Shown piece by piece: positions 17,062-26,715 of a stretch of DNA of 64,000 bases. The position numbers and the translations under genes are program-made. Below the pieces are notes generated by a model. The model ran no database searches. It had not been told where the DNA came from and was given only the letters and a program-made list of their open reading frames with translations. Origin of the DNA: an uncultured Eubacteriales bacterium (GTDB taxonomy: Bacteria > Bacillota > Clostridia > Oscillospirales > CAG-272); contig CAKRNO010000005.1 in NCBI GenBank assembly GCA_934371135.1, forward strand, positions 607 through 64,606. Reading direction: 5' to 3'. Each line of letters begins with the position of its first letter. The first letter of the stretch is position 1.

Positions 17062-20000
17062 TTACTTCTGGAGCGTCAGCACACGGACGAACGTCTTGTC
17101 GGAGGTCACCGGCTTGCTGTTGTTGTCCTTCGCATCCGGGTCAATCAGAATGGTACTGTTCCCGGAGTCGGCGTCGGGATTGACCTTCCAGCCGTCCATG
17201 TTCTGCGAGACGAATACGCGGTTGATACCGAGCGAGGTCTCACCGGCATACGCATACACCGTCAGACGGACCGTGCCCGCAGCCGCATCGATCTTCGCGA
17301 TGGCGATGATCGGCGTACCCACAGCGGCATAGAAGTTGTCGTTCAGCTCCTTGGGATCTGCCAGCGTCGGAGACACGACGAGGATTCTGACCGTGTCGTC
17401 ACCGGCGACGAGCGCGCCCTCACTCGTGTTGGCGACCGTTACCTGACCGTTATAGACAACGATCATCTGCGTGCCGCGTACCAGCGCCAGGGCACCGTCT
17501 GCTGCACGACCGTAGAAGGTCGCATCCGCAGCGGCTGCCGTGATAGCGGACGCATCCATATTGCCGCTCGTGTACACACCGTTCGGAGTGATGAGGAGGT
17601 AGCCGTTCGCGGTCTTGTAGAGCGCCATGCCGATCGCCTCGTAGACACCGACGTAATCCGTCACAGGCGTTGCGGCAGCCGTGCCGTTCGCCTGGATAGC
17701 GGCGAGCGCCGTTGCTTCCACATCATAGACCTGTGCGGCGGCGAGACGGTTCGCGAGCTCGGCATCCTTCGCCATGTACATCTTGACGTAGGAAGCAAAC
17801 TTGTTCTGCACCTCGGTGTTGGCTCTTGCATACATCGGCAGGAGTGCACGGATGTACGGGACGAGATCGCACCCGGTCAGCATAGTGGGCACCTTACCAT
17901 CGATGGTCATGGCATCCACACATTCGTAGAACCAGTTGAAGATGGCACTGATGAAATCATCCGTGATCATGTTGTCGGTCATGACAGCGAACAGCGAGGT
18001 GAACCGGGTGAAGTCGACCGCAGTCGTCGCCAGCGTGATCTCGCGGTTCTCAAACGCGTGTGCCAGCTGCCCGATACCGGTAACGGCTTCACGCACGTTG
18101 CCGAGACCCATCTGCACCGTTACATAGATGTAAGAGGCGAGGAAGGCGTCGGTCGATGTGCCGATCGAGGACGGATAATATTCGAGGATCATGGAGCCCC
18201 AGGAGAGTGCGTGCTCCCGTCCGAGGTAATCGCCGAAGACGTTCATCGTGTCGGCGATCGACAGGCAGATAGCCGCGATGTCCGCATCGTATGCCGGGCG
18301 GACAGCGACGAGATCTTCCTGGGACGGCGGCGTCAGCGCATTGATACCCGCGACGACGGCGTTCAGGAGCGCCTCGCTCTTGTAGTAGGTGCTGGTCGGG
18401 CACTTCCATGCCGTTGCCATGTTGCAGAGTCTCTCGCAGATCGGCTTGTAGTCCTGGATGGTCGCGATCTTGGAGAGGTCATTGAACACACCGGTGGCAT
18501 TGTCCGCGATGGCGGTACCGTCAGCGTTCAGGTTCATCTTGCCGAGCAGCGCCGCGACCTCGGCATCCGTGAGGGTTGCCTTACGGGTCAGGGTAGACAT
18601 TGCCATTCTGGTCCTGACGAGGTCGATCTCGGGCAGGTTGCCGGGGATCGAGTAGCTGCTCTTGTAGTTGGTCAGATAGAAGTTCGAGAAGTAGATGTAG
18701 TTGTGCTGATCCTTCATCTCCTCCGTCGCGATATTCGCGCTCATCGAACGCATTTCCTGCTTCGGCGTGCCGAGGAGACGGATCTCCGTGATGGTATCCT
18801 TGATGCCTGCCGGCGCATAAAGGTCATTCACGCTGCCGTTCAGGCGGATGGCAAATTTCTTCCAGCCGGAGAAGTCCAGCTTGACGGTGTACGTCATGGT
18901 GAGGTTGTTGACGCCACCCGTCATAAGGAAGACGGTGAATGCCTGCTCCTTCTCGGTCACGGCCGCCGAATACACCCAGAATTCGAGCATATCGTAGTTT
19001 GCGAGGTTGTACCCCGTGCTGTTCGGCTTACCGAATATCATGTAAGCGGCGTACTGACCGTTGTCCTGGTATTCATAGTCGCCCCAGCGCAGTGCATAGC
19101 CACCGCCCGCCGCGGGAGTAGCCGCCTTGATCATGCCGGTGCTGTTCATGTCAGAAGTGAGGTTGGCGTACTTGATACCGTACTTGGTCAGCTCATCCGC
19201 AACGGTCTCCGGGTCGGAGAAGTTGCTCATATCGAGGATGCAGACGGCGTCCTTCTGGATCTCGTCGTAACCGGGGATAGCCGGCAGCTCGGTCGGCAGG
19301 GCGGCGGGCAGGTCGGTCGTGTACCGGTAAGTCTGCGGGAACGGAGCCTGCTTGTGGAACTTCGCCGTGAGCGTGATGTCGCCGCCGGTCGAGAAGTTGG
19401 CGGTGCTGAGCTCCTCCACCAGCTTTTCGACACCCGTCGCCGCGTTGGTGTAGAACCAGCCCTCGAACGAGTAACCCTCCAGCGAGGGGTGCTTCAGAGA
19501 GACGGGCTCCTCGTCAATGCGGGCGAGGGAGTATGTATTCGGGTTCTCGGTCGGGAAGACGGTGCCGTCGGGACCAACGTACCGGACATTGTAGGTCTCG
19601 CTGATGATGAGCTTGGCAGTCACATAAGCGTCGATATAGTCCCCCTTGGGGTCGGAGTAGATGGCACGGACGATGTACACGCCCGCGTCCTTGACGCCGA
19701 GCTGACCGTCATCCACCATCACCGTTTCATCGGCATTCCAGTACTCAAAGCGGATGTTGACACGCTGGGGGTTGGAGTTGCCGCGCAGGTTCTTCTCGAG
19801 TGCCTTGTGGTACTCGCCGTCGTAGTCCACGCTGCTGAGCGTGAAACGCACGGAGGAGAGGTCGATCGGGGTCCCCTCCAGAAGCACGAGGCGGGCGGTC
19901 AGGGTCTTATCCGCGCAGCCGGACTTGGTGAAGATGGCGCGGACGGTATATTTGCCGACCGCGGTGACACCGGTGTCGGATACCTTCTCCGTGTTTGCTT

Positions 20001-20253
20001 CGTTCCAGTATTCGTAGCGCACCTGGACACCGTCCGGGAGCGTACCGGTGATCGTCAGGGTCTTTACCTTGCCGTCGGCGTTTACCTGTGCGCCCTTGAG
20101 CGAGACCCCTGTCAGATCGATTTCGGTGCCGTTACCGTTACCGTTGTTATTGGTTCCGCCACCGTTGTCATCTGTCTTGCCGCAGGCAATGATGGGGAGC
20201 ACCATCGCCACGACGAGCAGCATGAGCAGGCATATCTGCCAAAACCGTTTCAT
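17062..20253 (-). CDS. Large surface lipoprotein with Listeria-Bacteroides-type repeat and a possible polysaccharide-lyase-like C-terminal region
   Basis: Signal peptide plus lipobox (LPIIACG). YNVRYVG...GYSFEGWF repeat. The lyase-like assignment of the C-terminal part is a weak impression only. Confidence 0.85.
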   Translation of the reverse strand: MKRFWQICLLMLLVVAMVLPIIACGKTDDNGGGTNNNGNGNGTEIDLTGVSLKGAQVNADGKVKTLTITGTLPDGVQVRYEYWNEANTEKVSDTGVTAVGKYTVRAIFTKSGCADKTLTARLVLLEGTPIDLSSVRFTLSSVDYDGEYHKALEKNLRGNSNPQRVNIRFEYWNADETVMVDDGQLGVKDAGVYIVRAIYSDPKGDYIDAYVTAKLIISETYNVRYVGPDGTVFPTENPNTYSLARIDEEPVSLKHPSLEGYSFEGWFYTNAATGVEKLVEELSTANFSTGGDITLTAKFHKQAPFPQTYRYTTDLPAALPTELPAIPGYDEIQKDAVCILDMSNFSDPETVADELTKYGIKYANLTSDMNSTGMIKAATPAAGGGYALRWGDYEYQDNGQYAAYMIFGKPNSTGYNLANYDMLEFWVYSAAVTEKEQAFTVFLMTGGVNNLTMTYTVKLDFSGWKKFAIRLNGSVNDLYAPAGIKDTITEIRLLGTPKQEMRSMSANIATEEMKDQHNYIYFSNFYLTNYKSSYSIPGNLPEIDLVRTRMAMSTLTRKATLTDAEVAALLGKMNLNADGTAIADNATGVFNDLSKIATIQDYKPICERLCNMATAWKCPTSTYYKSEALLNAVVAGINALTPPSQEDLVAVRPAYDADIAAICLSIADTMNVFGDYLGREHALSWGSMILEYYPSSIGTSTDAFLASYIYVTVQMGLGNVREAVTGIGQLAHAFENREITLATTAVDFTRFTSLFAVMTDNMITDDFISAIFNWFYECVDAMTIDGKVPTMLTGCDLVPYIRALLPMYARANTEVQNKFASYVKMYMAKDAELANRLAAAQVYDVEATALAAIQANGTAAATPVTDYVGVYEAIGMALYKTANGYLLITPNGVYTSGNMDASAITAAAADATFYGRAADGALALVRGTQMIVVYNGQVTVANTSEGALVAGDDTVRILVVSPTLADPKELNDNFYAAVGTPIIAIAKIDAAAGTVRLTVYAYAGETSLGINRVFVSQNMDGWKVNPDADSGNSTILIDPDAKDNNSKPVTSDKTFVRVLTLQK

Positions 20254-20316
20254 TATTTATCCTCCTAAAATTAGTGGCGTCGGGCTGTCGAGACTACGCC
20301 CGATCTACACACAAAT

Positions 20317-20345
20317 ATTATATAAAAAGCCCTATTTTGTGTCAA
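20317..20345 (-). promoter_or_regulatory. Consensus sigma-70 promoter of the lipoprotein gene
   Basis: On the minus strand: TTGACA, 17 nt, TATAAT. Confidence 0.65.
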
Positions 20346-20390
20346 TCGGCAATCCGCACACCTTTTACCGCGTGCGTTTGTATAGGTTGT

Positions 20391-20420
20391 AAAAATAAAT
20401 CCCGCGTTCTGACGCGGGAT
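20391..20420 (-). terminator. Terminator after radC
   Basis: ATCCCGCG-TCAGAA-CGCGGGAT followed by TTTATTTTT on the minus strand. Confidence 0.7.
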
Positions 20421-20458
20421 AGGAAGTGTTTTCGGGTGTTCCGCGGGCGCTGGCGCCG

Positions 20459-21112
20459 TCAGGTGCCCCTGTCCGTGAGCAGGATGGGGGCGTACCGCTC
20501 CCCTGCCACGACGATGTGCTCGAGCAGACCGATCCCCGCCGCCCCGAGGGCGATGCGCAGATTGGTCGTCGTCGCGATGTCGCAGGCGCTGGGGGTCGGG
20601 CTCCCGCCCGGGTGGTTGTGGGCGAGGACCGAGTAGCGCGCCCCGCCGAACAGCGCCGCCTCCACAATGGCGCGCGTGTTCAGATTGGCGGAATTGACCG
20701 ACCCGGTGGCGACAAGTCTTAGGGTCAGGTAGGTGCGGTCCTCCCGCAGGAGCAGAAGATACACCTTTTCGACCGCCTCGCCGCAGAAGACCGCGGTGAA
20801 GAAGCGCCCGAGCTTCTCCAGAGAATCAAACACGAAGTCACGCGGGTATTCGGAGAGGCGCGCCCGACCGACGGCGGGCAGAATCATGCGCAGGAGCGTC
20901 GCCGTGCTCTCGCCGAGCCCCGCCTCGCGGAGCCGCCACGCCTCCTGTGAAAAGACACCGGCAAGCGAGCCGAAGCGGGCGAGGAGACGGTCGGCAGTAT
21001 CCTCTGCCCCCTCCCGCATACAGAAGGACAGCAGCCCCGCGAGCAGCTCGCGGTCGGAGAGCGACCCGACCCTGCGCTCCGAGAGCGCGCGGCGCAGTTC
21101 GGATGATGTCAT
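20459..21112 (-). CDS. radC: RadC-like JAB/MPN domain protein (intact metal motif)
   Basis: LAHNHPGGSPTPSACD plus downstream LLEHIVV. The N-terminal helix-hairpin-helix-like region is divergent. Confidence 0.85.
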   Translation of the reverse strand: MTSSELRRALSERRVGSLSDRELLAGLLSFCMREGAEDTADRLLARFGSLAGVFSQEAWRLREAGLGESTATLLRMILPAVGRARLSEYPRDFVFDSLEKLGRFFTAVFCGEAVEKVYLLLLREDRTYLTLRLVATGSVNSANLNTRAIVEAALFGGARYSVLAHNHPGGSPTPSACDIATTTNLRIALGAAGIGLLEHIVVAGERYAPILLTDRGT

Positions 21113-21834
21113 GCGTCCCCCTCCTCTCCCTCGCTGAGCTTTGCCGCCGGGACGCGGTCGTCGGTCAGCGGGCCCACCGCCTTGGCGACCGATACGCAGA
21201 TGTTCCCGGCGAAGATCAGGTGGTCGGCGAGGGTGACGCCCACCAGCTGCAAAACAGACGCCACATGGCGGGTGGTCGCCACCTCATACGGGTCGGGGCG
21301 TGCGATGCGGTTCGCATGGGTGGAGACGAGCACTGCCGCCGTCGCGCGCGTGCCGAGCGCACCGGTCACGATGTCCTGCACGCGGAAAGCGCCGGAGGCA
21401 TAGTACCCGACGAACACCTCCGCCGTGCCGAGCAGGTGAAACGTGTTATCGAAATAGAGCGCAAACGTGCGGTCGTCGGTCACCCCTGCCACGATGCGCT
21501 CCGCGAGAGCACGCAGGGTACCGAAGGTCCCGTAGGTGGCGGCTGGCCGGACCTCCCGGGCGGCGCGGTAGCCCGCCTCCGTGAGCAGAGCAAAATAGAG
21601 CGACAGGCGCTCGGGCGCCGAGGGGATGCCCGCGAGCTCTACCTGCGTCAGCCGCATCGCCCCGGCGAGGCTGCCGCCCCGCTCGATGAGCGTATGGGCG
21701 AGCGGATTGGTGTCTCGGTAGGGCACGGCGCCGAAAAGGAGCGCCTCCAGTATCTCATGGTCGGCGAACTGCGTAAAGCCGCCGGCTTCAAACTTGTCTC
21801 GGACACGCTTGCGGTGCCCTGTATGTAGCGCCAT
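21109..21834 (-). CDS. RadC-like paralog with degenerate JAB motif
   Basis: Canonical RadC N-terminus (GHRKRVRDKF...HEILEALLF...). The JAB motif reads STHANRIARPDPYE instead of HNHPSGxxxPSxxD. 4-nt overlap with the downstream radC. Confidence 0.75.
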   Translation of the reverse strand: MALHTGHRKRVRDKFEAGGFTQFADHEILEALLFGAVPYRDTNPLAHTLIERGGSLAGAMRLTQVELAGIPSAPERLSLYFALLTEAGYRAAREVRPAATYGTFGTLRALAERIVAGVTDDRTFALYFDNTFHLLGTAEVFVGYYASGAFRVQDIVTGALGTRATAAVLVSTHANRIARPDPYEVATTRHVASVLQLVGVTLADHLIFAGNICVSVAKAVGPLTDDRVPAAKLSEGEEGDA

Positions 21835-21932
21835 ACCGCGGCGGCTCCTTTCTCGCAGGATGCGGGCATTTCTCCCAAGACGGCAGGAGAGGTGGTCAAA
21901 ACAAAAAGGGGGGCGCGGCGACCGCGCCCCGG

Positions 21933-22163
21933 TCACTTCCTTTTGCGGTGCAGAAGTGTGCAGAGCGCGAGCAGGCACGCGAGCGCGCCGAGGATCCTGC
22001 GTCGGTCCAGCCGGAAGTTGCCCTTGAACGCATAGGAAAAGGCGGGTTCCGCCTCCTCGCGGTTGCGGTACACATCTCCCCCCACGTCAAAGCGCGCCTG
22101 TACGGCGGGATTGTGCTGTTTCAGTGCGCGGGAGACCCCCTCGCAGAATTGCCTGAATTTCAT
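21933..22163 (-). CDS. Small hypothetical protein with C-terminal hydrophobic anchor
   Basis: 76 aa, GAGGG RBS, C-terminal ILGALACLLALCTLL followed by basic residues. Confidence 0.45.
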   Translation of the reverse strand: MKFRQFCEGVSRALKQHNPAVQARFDVGGDVYRNREEAEPAFSYAFKGNFRLDRRRILGALACLLALCTLLHRKRK

Positions 22164-22346
22164 GTTTTATCCCTCACTTTCGTTTTTGGTTTCCGGATTG
22201 CAATGGCAGGATTGTGGTTTCGGGGAAATACCGCCCGGGTGTGCGGGACTTCCGTCGTCCTCACCGGCCCCGCCGCGTATAACGCCGGTGCATCCGGTGC
22301 ATACTTTTCTCAAAAGAGTCTCAAAAACTTAAAAAGGAGTTGCGAC

Positions 22347-22616
22347 GTGAAAGATCCCCGTTCCTTCTATATCCGTCTGCTGCTCGCGGCGTTTCTCGTC
22401 ACGGGTGTGCTCGTTTTCTGTATTCTGCCCATTTCGTACCGGCGCGATACCTTTCCGCACCCCGGTGCCGGCACCTCCCGCATCGGCGCACGGGGCGACG
22501 GCGAGGAGATCCGCCACACCGGAGAAAAGGATACGGAGGATCTGCTCCTGCATCTCTGGCGGCAGGAGCTCTCGCGGCATCCGGACGCGCGCCCGCTCAT
22601 GGGGCGGCGCAGGTAA
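22347..22616 (+). CDS. Hypothetical small membrane protein (GTG start)
   Basis: AAGGAG RBS 7 nt upstream of the GTG. One predicted TM helix (LLLAAFLVTGVLVFCIL). No recognisable domain. Confidence 0.35.
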   Translation: MKDPRSFYIRLLLAAFLVTGVLVFCILPISYRRDTFPHPGAGTSRIGARGDGEEIRHTGEKDTEDLLLHLWRQELSRHPDARPLMGRRR

Positions 22617-22751
22617 CATCGTCGGCATGGCGCCTTGTTTTCCGGGCACCGCGCCGTATTTTCGGCAGCACCGCGTCACGGTTTCCGGTGGGCTCGCCGT
22701 ACCCGGCGGTGACAGCCCCGCCCTCCCCTGCTGGTCCGCCGGGGGGTGCCT

Positions 22752-23405
22752 TTACGGCTTCGTCACCTCCAGGGCGCAGATGGAAAAGCCCTTTGCAGTG
22801 AAATTGCGCTCGTACTCCGTCTCCACGTTTTCGGCGTTTTCGGGGCTCGCGTGCAGATCATAGGTCACATAGTGCGGCGTCACGCCGAGCGCGGCGAGCT
22901 CCTCCAGGGTGAAGTCGAACAGCGGGCGGTTGTCCGTTTTGAAACGGAGGGGCGCCCCGTCTTTCAGGAGCCCGAAATACATCGTCAGCATTTCCCGGTA
23001 GGTGAGCCGCCGCTTGGCGTGCTTCTTCTTCGGCCACGGATCGCTGAAATTCAGATAGATGCCGTCCAGGCTCGCGGGGGCGAACCAGAGCGGAAGATCA
23101 TGCGCGTCCGCGATGAAGAACCGCAGGTTGTCCGCCGTGCGCGCCCCGCGGCGCGCCTCCGCCCCCTCGACGGCAATAACCATGACGTCGGAGATCTTCT
23201 CAAGCGCGAGGAAATTGTCCCCGGGATATTTTTCCGCCATCCCGCAGGCAAAGCCCCCCTTGCCGCACCCGATCTCCAGGTATGTGGGCGCCTCTCTCCC
23301 GAACAGCGTCGTCGGTGCCCCGAGGGGCGCCTCCGGGCGTTCGATGAGGTACCGGGCATTTGCCGCGAGGCGCTCCGCCCCGTGCTTTTTCTTGCGCATC
23401 CGCAT
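22752..23405 (-). CDS. trmB: tRNA (guanine-N7)-methyltransferase
   Basis: YLEIGCGKGGF SAM motif and NFSDPWPKKKHAKRRL signature. Start at MRMRKKKHG. Confidence 0.9.
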   Translation of the reverse strand: MRMRKKKHGAERLAANARYLIERPEAPLGAPTTLFGREAPTYLEIGCGKGGFACGMAEKYPGDNFLALEKISDVMVIAVEGAEARRGARTADNLRFFIADAHDLPLWFAPASLDGIYLNFSDPWPKKKHAKRRLTYREMLTMYFGLLKDGAPLRFKTDNRPLFDFTLEELAALGVTPHYVTYDLHASPENAENVETEYERNFTAKGFSICALEVTKP

Positions 23406-23657
23406 GGTTGTCGTTCCTTTTTGCTTGTTTTTTCTGTCGTTGTTTTCCCCGCATGGCGGCGTTATCCGCGCCGGCGGGCGTGCCGCCGCCGACAGCACCC
23501 GGGGGGCACTCCTGCGCCCGCGCGCCGGGCTACACCCGTACCGCGGGGCGTGCCGCCCCGACGGCTTTCCTCACCGGGGGCACGTCGGCGCGCGGCAGAC
23601 GGCAGCACGCATTTTCATGTTACCGTTTATTTTAGCATACGGCGCGCGCGTTGTCAA

Positions 23658-24545
23658 TCAAAGACCGAGCGCCTCGTGCATCTTCTCCCGCAGCTCGTCG
23701 GACACGGGCGAGAGCGGCAGGCGGATCTCCTCCCCGGCGAGCCCCAGGAGCGAAAGGGCGCATTTGAGCGGCGCCGGGTTGGTCTCGGCGAACAGCAGGT
23801 GTGTGAGCGGCAGGAGCGCGAGCGACAGACGGCGCGCCTCCTCGGTCTTTCCCTCTCCGAAAAGGCGGCAGATATCCGTAACCTCCCCCGGCAGGATGTT
23901 GGAGAGGACGGAGACGACCCCGCTCCCCCCGAGCGCGAGCGTCGGCAGAATGGCGGCGTCATTCCCTGCGTACAGCTGCATTTTCCCGCCCAGCGCCGCC
24001 ATGAAATCGGCGAGCTTCGAGACGCTGTCCCCCGCCTCTTTGAGCCCGCGGATGTTCGGATGCGCGGCGATCTCCGTGAGGTGCCCGACGGTCAGGTCCA
24101 CCCCCGTGCGGGAGGGGACGTTATAGAGGATGACCGGCAGATCGGTCGAATCCGCGATGGTGTGGAAGTGCCGCGTGATGCCGTCGTGCGTCCCCTTGTT
24201 GTAGTAGGGCGTGACGACGAGCAGGGCGTCCGCCCCGTTGGCGGCGGCGAAGCGGGCATAGGAAACGGAGCGCGCCGTGGAAGGTGAGCCGACCCCCACC
24301 ACATAGTCGCATCTGCCCCCGATCATCTCCCCCGCCCGTGCGACGAGCTGGAGCCGCTCTCCGTCCGAGAGGGTCGCCGCCTCGCCGGTGGTGCCGCAGA
24401 GGCAGATGGCGGCGACGCCCCCGGTGACCTGTATCTCAATGAGCTCGGCGAGCGCCGCCCAGTCGATGCCCCCGTCCCGGAAGGGGGTGGCGAGCGCGGT
24501 GCATACGCCGCGGAATAAGGTGTTTCCCGAACGCTTCATAATCAT
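23658..24545 (-). CDS. dapA: 4-hydroxy-tetrahydrodipicolinate synthase
   Basis: GTTGEAATLS, TPYYNK and GLKEAG (Schiff-base Lys) motifs. Confidence 0.9.
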   Translation of the reverse strand: MIMKRSGNTLFRGVCTALATPFRDGGIDWAALAELIEIQVTGGVAAICLCGTTGEAATLSDGERLQLVARAGEMIGGRCDYVVGVGSPSTARSVSYARFAAANGADALLVVTPYYNKGTHDGITRHFHTIADSTDLPVILYNVPSRTGVDLTVGHLTEIAAHPNIRGLKEAGDSVSKLADFMAALGGKMQLYAGNDAAILPTLALGGSGVVSVLSNILPGEVTDICRLFGEGKTEEARRLSLALLPLTHLLFAETNPAPLKCALSLLGLAGEEIRLPLSPVSDELREKMHEALGL

Positions 24546-24621
24546 TCCTCAACTTGCTTTTTTCGGCATGGAGTGCTATACTGTTCCCAGTATATGAGGG
24601 CAAGACCCGAAAGGTTATGTC

Positions 24622-25701
24622 ATGGAGACGGAAAAGATCATTACCAACGAGCGCGTCGCGACGACGCTGAAAACGAGCGACTTCTGGTACGACCTGCCGG
24701 AGGAGCTGATTGCACAGACCCCGATTGAGCCGCGGGACGAGAGCCGGCTCCTCCTCCTAGACCGTGCGAGCGGCGAGATACGGCACCGCGTGTTCCGCGA
24801 TATCATCGACGAGCTCCGCCCGGAGGATATGCTGGTCGTCAACAGCTCGAAGGTGATTCCGGCGCGCCTCCTCGGCGTGAGCCGCAAGACGGGGGCCCCC
24901 GAGGAGCTCCTGCTACTGAAGCAGCTGCCGGGGGGGACATGGGAGACGCTGGTGCGCCCCGGCAAGCGGGCGCGCGTCGGCGCGACCTTCACGTTCGGCG
25001 ACTGTCTCACGGCAGAGGTCACGGAGGTGAAAGAGGACGGCAACCGCATCGTCGCCTTTTCCTACGACACGGAGAAGTATCACCACATCTACGAGGTGCT
25101 GAACGAGGTCGGCAATATGCCGCTCCCGCCGTACATCCACGAGAAGCTCGCCGACCGCGACCGTTACCAGACAGTGTACGCGAAGGAGGAGGGCTCTGCC
25201 GCCGCCCCGACGGCGGGTCTGCATTTCACCCCCGCCCTGCTCGACGCCATCCGGGCAAAAGGGGTCGGCTACGGGGAGGTCACTCTGCACGTCGGGCTCG
25301 GCACCTTCCGCCCCGTCAAGGCGGAGCACATCGGGGATCACCTCATGCACGCCGAGCATTTCTCCATCACCTCCGGGGTGTGTGACGAAATCAACCGCCG
25401 CCGCGCGGCGGGCGGGCGCATCGTCGCCGTCGGTACGACGACCTGCCGCGTCCTGGAGACGGTCGCGGACGACGCGGGCGTCGTCCACCCCATGACCGCC
25501 TCGACGCAGATTTTTATTTACCCCGGCTACCGCTTCAAGGCGATCGACGCCCTGGTCACCAACTTCCACCTGCCGGAGTCCACCCTGCTCATGCTCGTCT
25601 CGGCGCTCGCCGGTAAGGAACACATCATGAATGCCTACCGGGAGGCGGTGCGGATGCGGTACCGCTTCTTCAGCTTCGGCGACGCCATGTTCATCGAGTA
25701 A
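24622..25701 (+). CDS. queA: S-adenosylmethionine:tRNA ribosyltransferase-isomerase
   Basis: FWYDLPEELIAQTPIEPRDESRLL..., GNMPLPPYI and TNFHLPESTLLMLVSA motifs. Confidence 0.95.
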   Translation: METEKIITNERVATTLKTSDFWYDLPEELIAQTPIEPRDESRLLLLDRASGEIRHRVFRDIIDELRPEDMLVVNSSKVIPARLLGVSRKTGAPEELLLLKQLPGGTWETLVRPGKRARVGATFTFGDCLTAEVTEVKEDGNRIVAFSYDTEKYHHIYEVLNEVGNMPLPPYIHEKLADRDRYQTVYAKEEGSAAAPTAGLHFTPALLDAIRAKGVGYGEVTLHVGLGTFRPVKAEHIGDHLMHAEHFSITSGVCDEINRRRAAGGRIVAVGTTTCRVLETVADDAGVVHPMTASTQIFIYPGYRFKAIDALVTNFHLPESTLLMLVSALAGKEHIMNAYREAVRMRYRFFSFGDAMFIE

Positions 25702-25780
25702 GCGCCGCTGACCACACATGATAAAGAGAGCGCCGATCGGTCGTAAAAGGACCGGTCGGCGTGTTTTTATGTATATCATA

Positions 25781-25809
25781 TTGACTTTCCAATATGTTTT
25801 GTGTATATT
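25781..25809 (+). promoter_or_regulatory. Promoter of the dinJ/relB-doc operon
   Basis: TTGACT, 17 nt, TATATT. GTATAT motifs overlap both elements and could be operators. Confidence 0.55.
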
Positions 25810-25831
25810 GTAAACAAAAGGAGATGTTATC

Positions 25832-26176
25832 ATGGCAAAAGTACCGACCACGCTCTCGATCGACGCCGAGGTGAAAGCCCGGGTGCAGACGCTCTTTGCC
25901 GAGCTCGGGCTGGACCTCTCCACCGCCGTCAACCTGTTTTTCCGCCGCTGCCTTATGGAAAACGGGATCCCGTTTGACGTTGCCCTCCCGCGCGCGGCGG
26001 CTCCGGCGCCCGCCGGGGTGGCTGCCGCCCCTGCCGGGATTGCCCCTGCCGGGGCTGCCGGTATGCCCGCCAACGCGACCGATGCCCCCGCCGCGACGGA
26101 GGAGGAAACCATCGACCTCGCCGCCCGACGCATCCTCGACGAGCACCTGGCGGCGTTTGAGGAGCTCGCGAAATGA
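25832..26176 (+). CDS. RelB/DinJ-family antitoxin with Ala/Pro-rich linker and C-terminal helix
   Basis: N-terminal TLSIDAEVKARVQTLFAELGLDLSTAVNLFFRRCLMENGIPFDV (RHH DinJ pattern). 4-nt overlap (ATGA) with doc. Confidence 0.8.
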   Translation: MAKVPTTLSIDAEVKARVQTLFAELGLDLSTAVNLFFRRCLMENGIPFDVALPRAAAPAPAGVAAAPAGIAPAGAAGMPANATDAPAATEEETIDLAARRILDEHLAAFEELAK

Positions 26177-26553
26177 TCCGCCTGACAAAAGAAACGGTCC
26201 TCTCCCTGCACCGCCTGCTCTGTGAGCGCACGGGCGGGGACGCCGGCGTGCGTGACGAGGGGCTGCTCGCCTCGGCGCTGGAGACCCCGTTCACGGGCTT
26301 CGGCGATACGGCGTTCTACCCCACGATCGAGGAAAAGGGGGCGCGCCTCGGCTACGGCATGGTCGCCAACCACGCCTTCGTGGACGGTAACAAGCGCGCC
26401 GGGTTACTCGCCATGCTGGTGTTCCTCGAGGTCAACGGCGTGCCGCTCTCCTGCACGGACGGAGAGCTCGTCCGCATAGGTCTCTCCCTTGCCGACGGGT
26501 CGCTGTCCTATCCGGCGCTGCTCGACTGGGTCGTCGGGCACACGGCGCGATAA
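26173..26553 (+). CDS. doc: Doc (death-on-curing) / Fic-fold toxin
   Basis: HAFVDGNKRAG motif (Doc variant of the Fic motif). 126 aa. Confidence 0.85.
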   Translation: MIRLTKETVLSLHRLLCERTGGDAGVRDEGLLASALETPFTGFGDTAFYPTIEEKGARLGYGMVANHAFVDGNKRAGLLAMLVFLEVNGVPLSCTDGELVRIGLSLADGSLSYPALLDWVVGHTAR

Positions 26554-26665
26554 GCCGCTGCCCCGACCGGGGGGCGGTAACACCGTCGGGGGAGCGATCC
26601 GGCTATGTCACAATGACAGACCGTATCGTGATAAACACCCCGTGCCTCTCCGCCCCGGAAAACCA

Positions 26666-26701
26666 AAGTCTCCCCGCGCCGAACGGCGCGGGGAGACTTT
26701 T
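26666..26701. terminator. Bidirectional terminator
   Basis: AAGTCTCCCCGCGCC-GAAC-GGCGCGGGGAGACTT with T-rich flanks on both strands. Confidence 0.65.
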
Positions 26702-26715
26702 ACCGGTTGCCGGCG

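Noticed and set aside
16981-20268. 1095-aa plus-strand ORF
   Set aside because: It is antisense to the 1063-aa lipoprotein gene, which has a signal peptide, lipobox, RBS, promoter and terminator. It is a shadow ORF.
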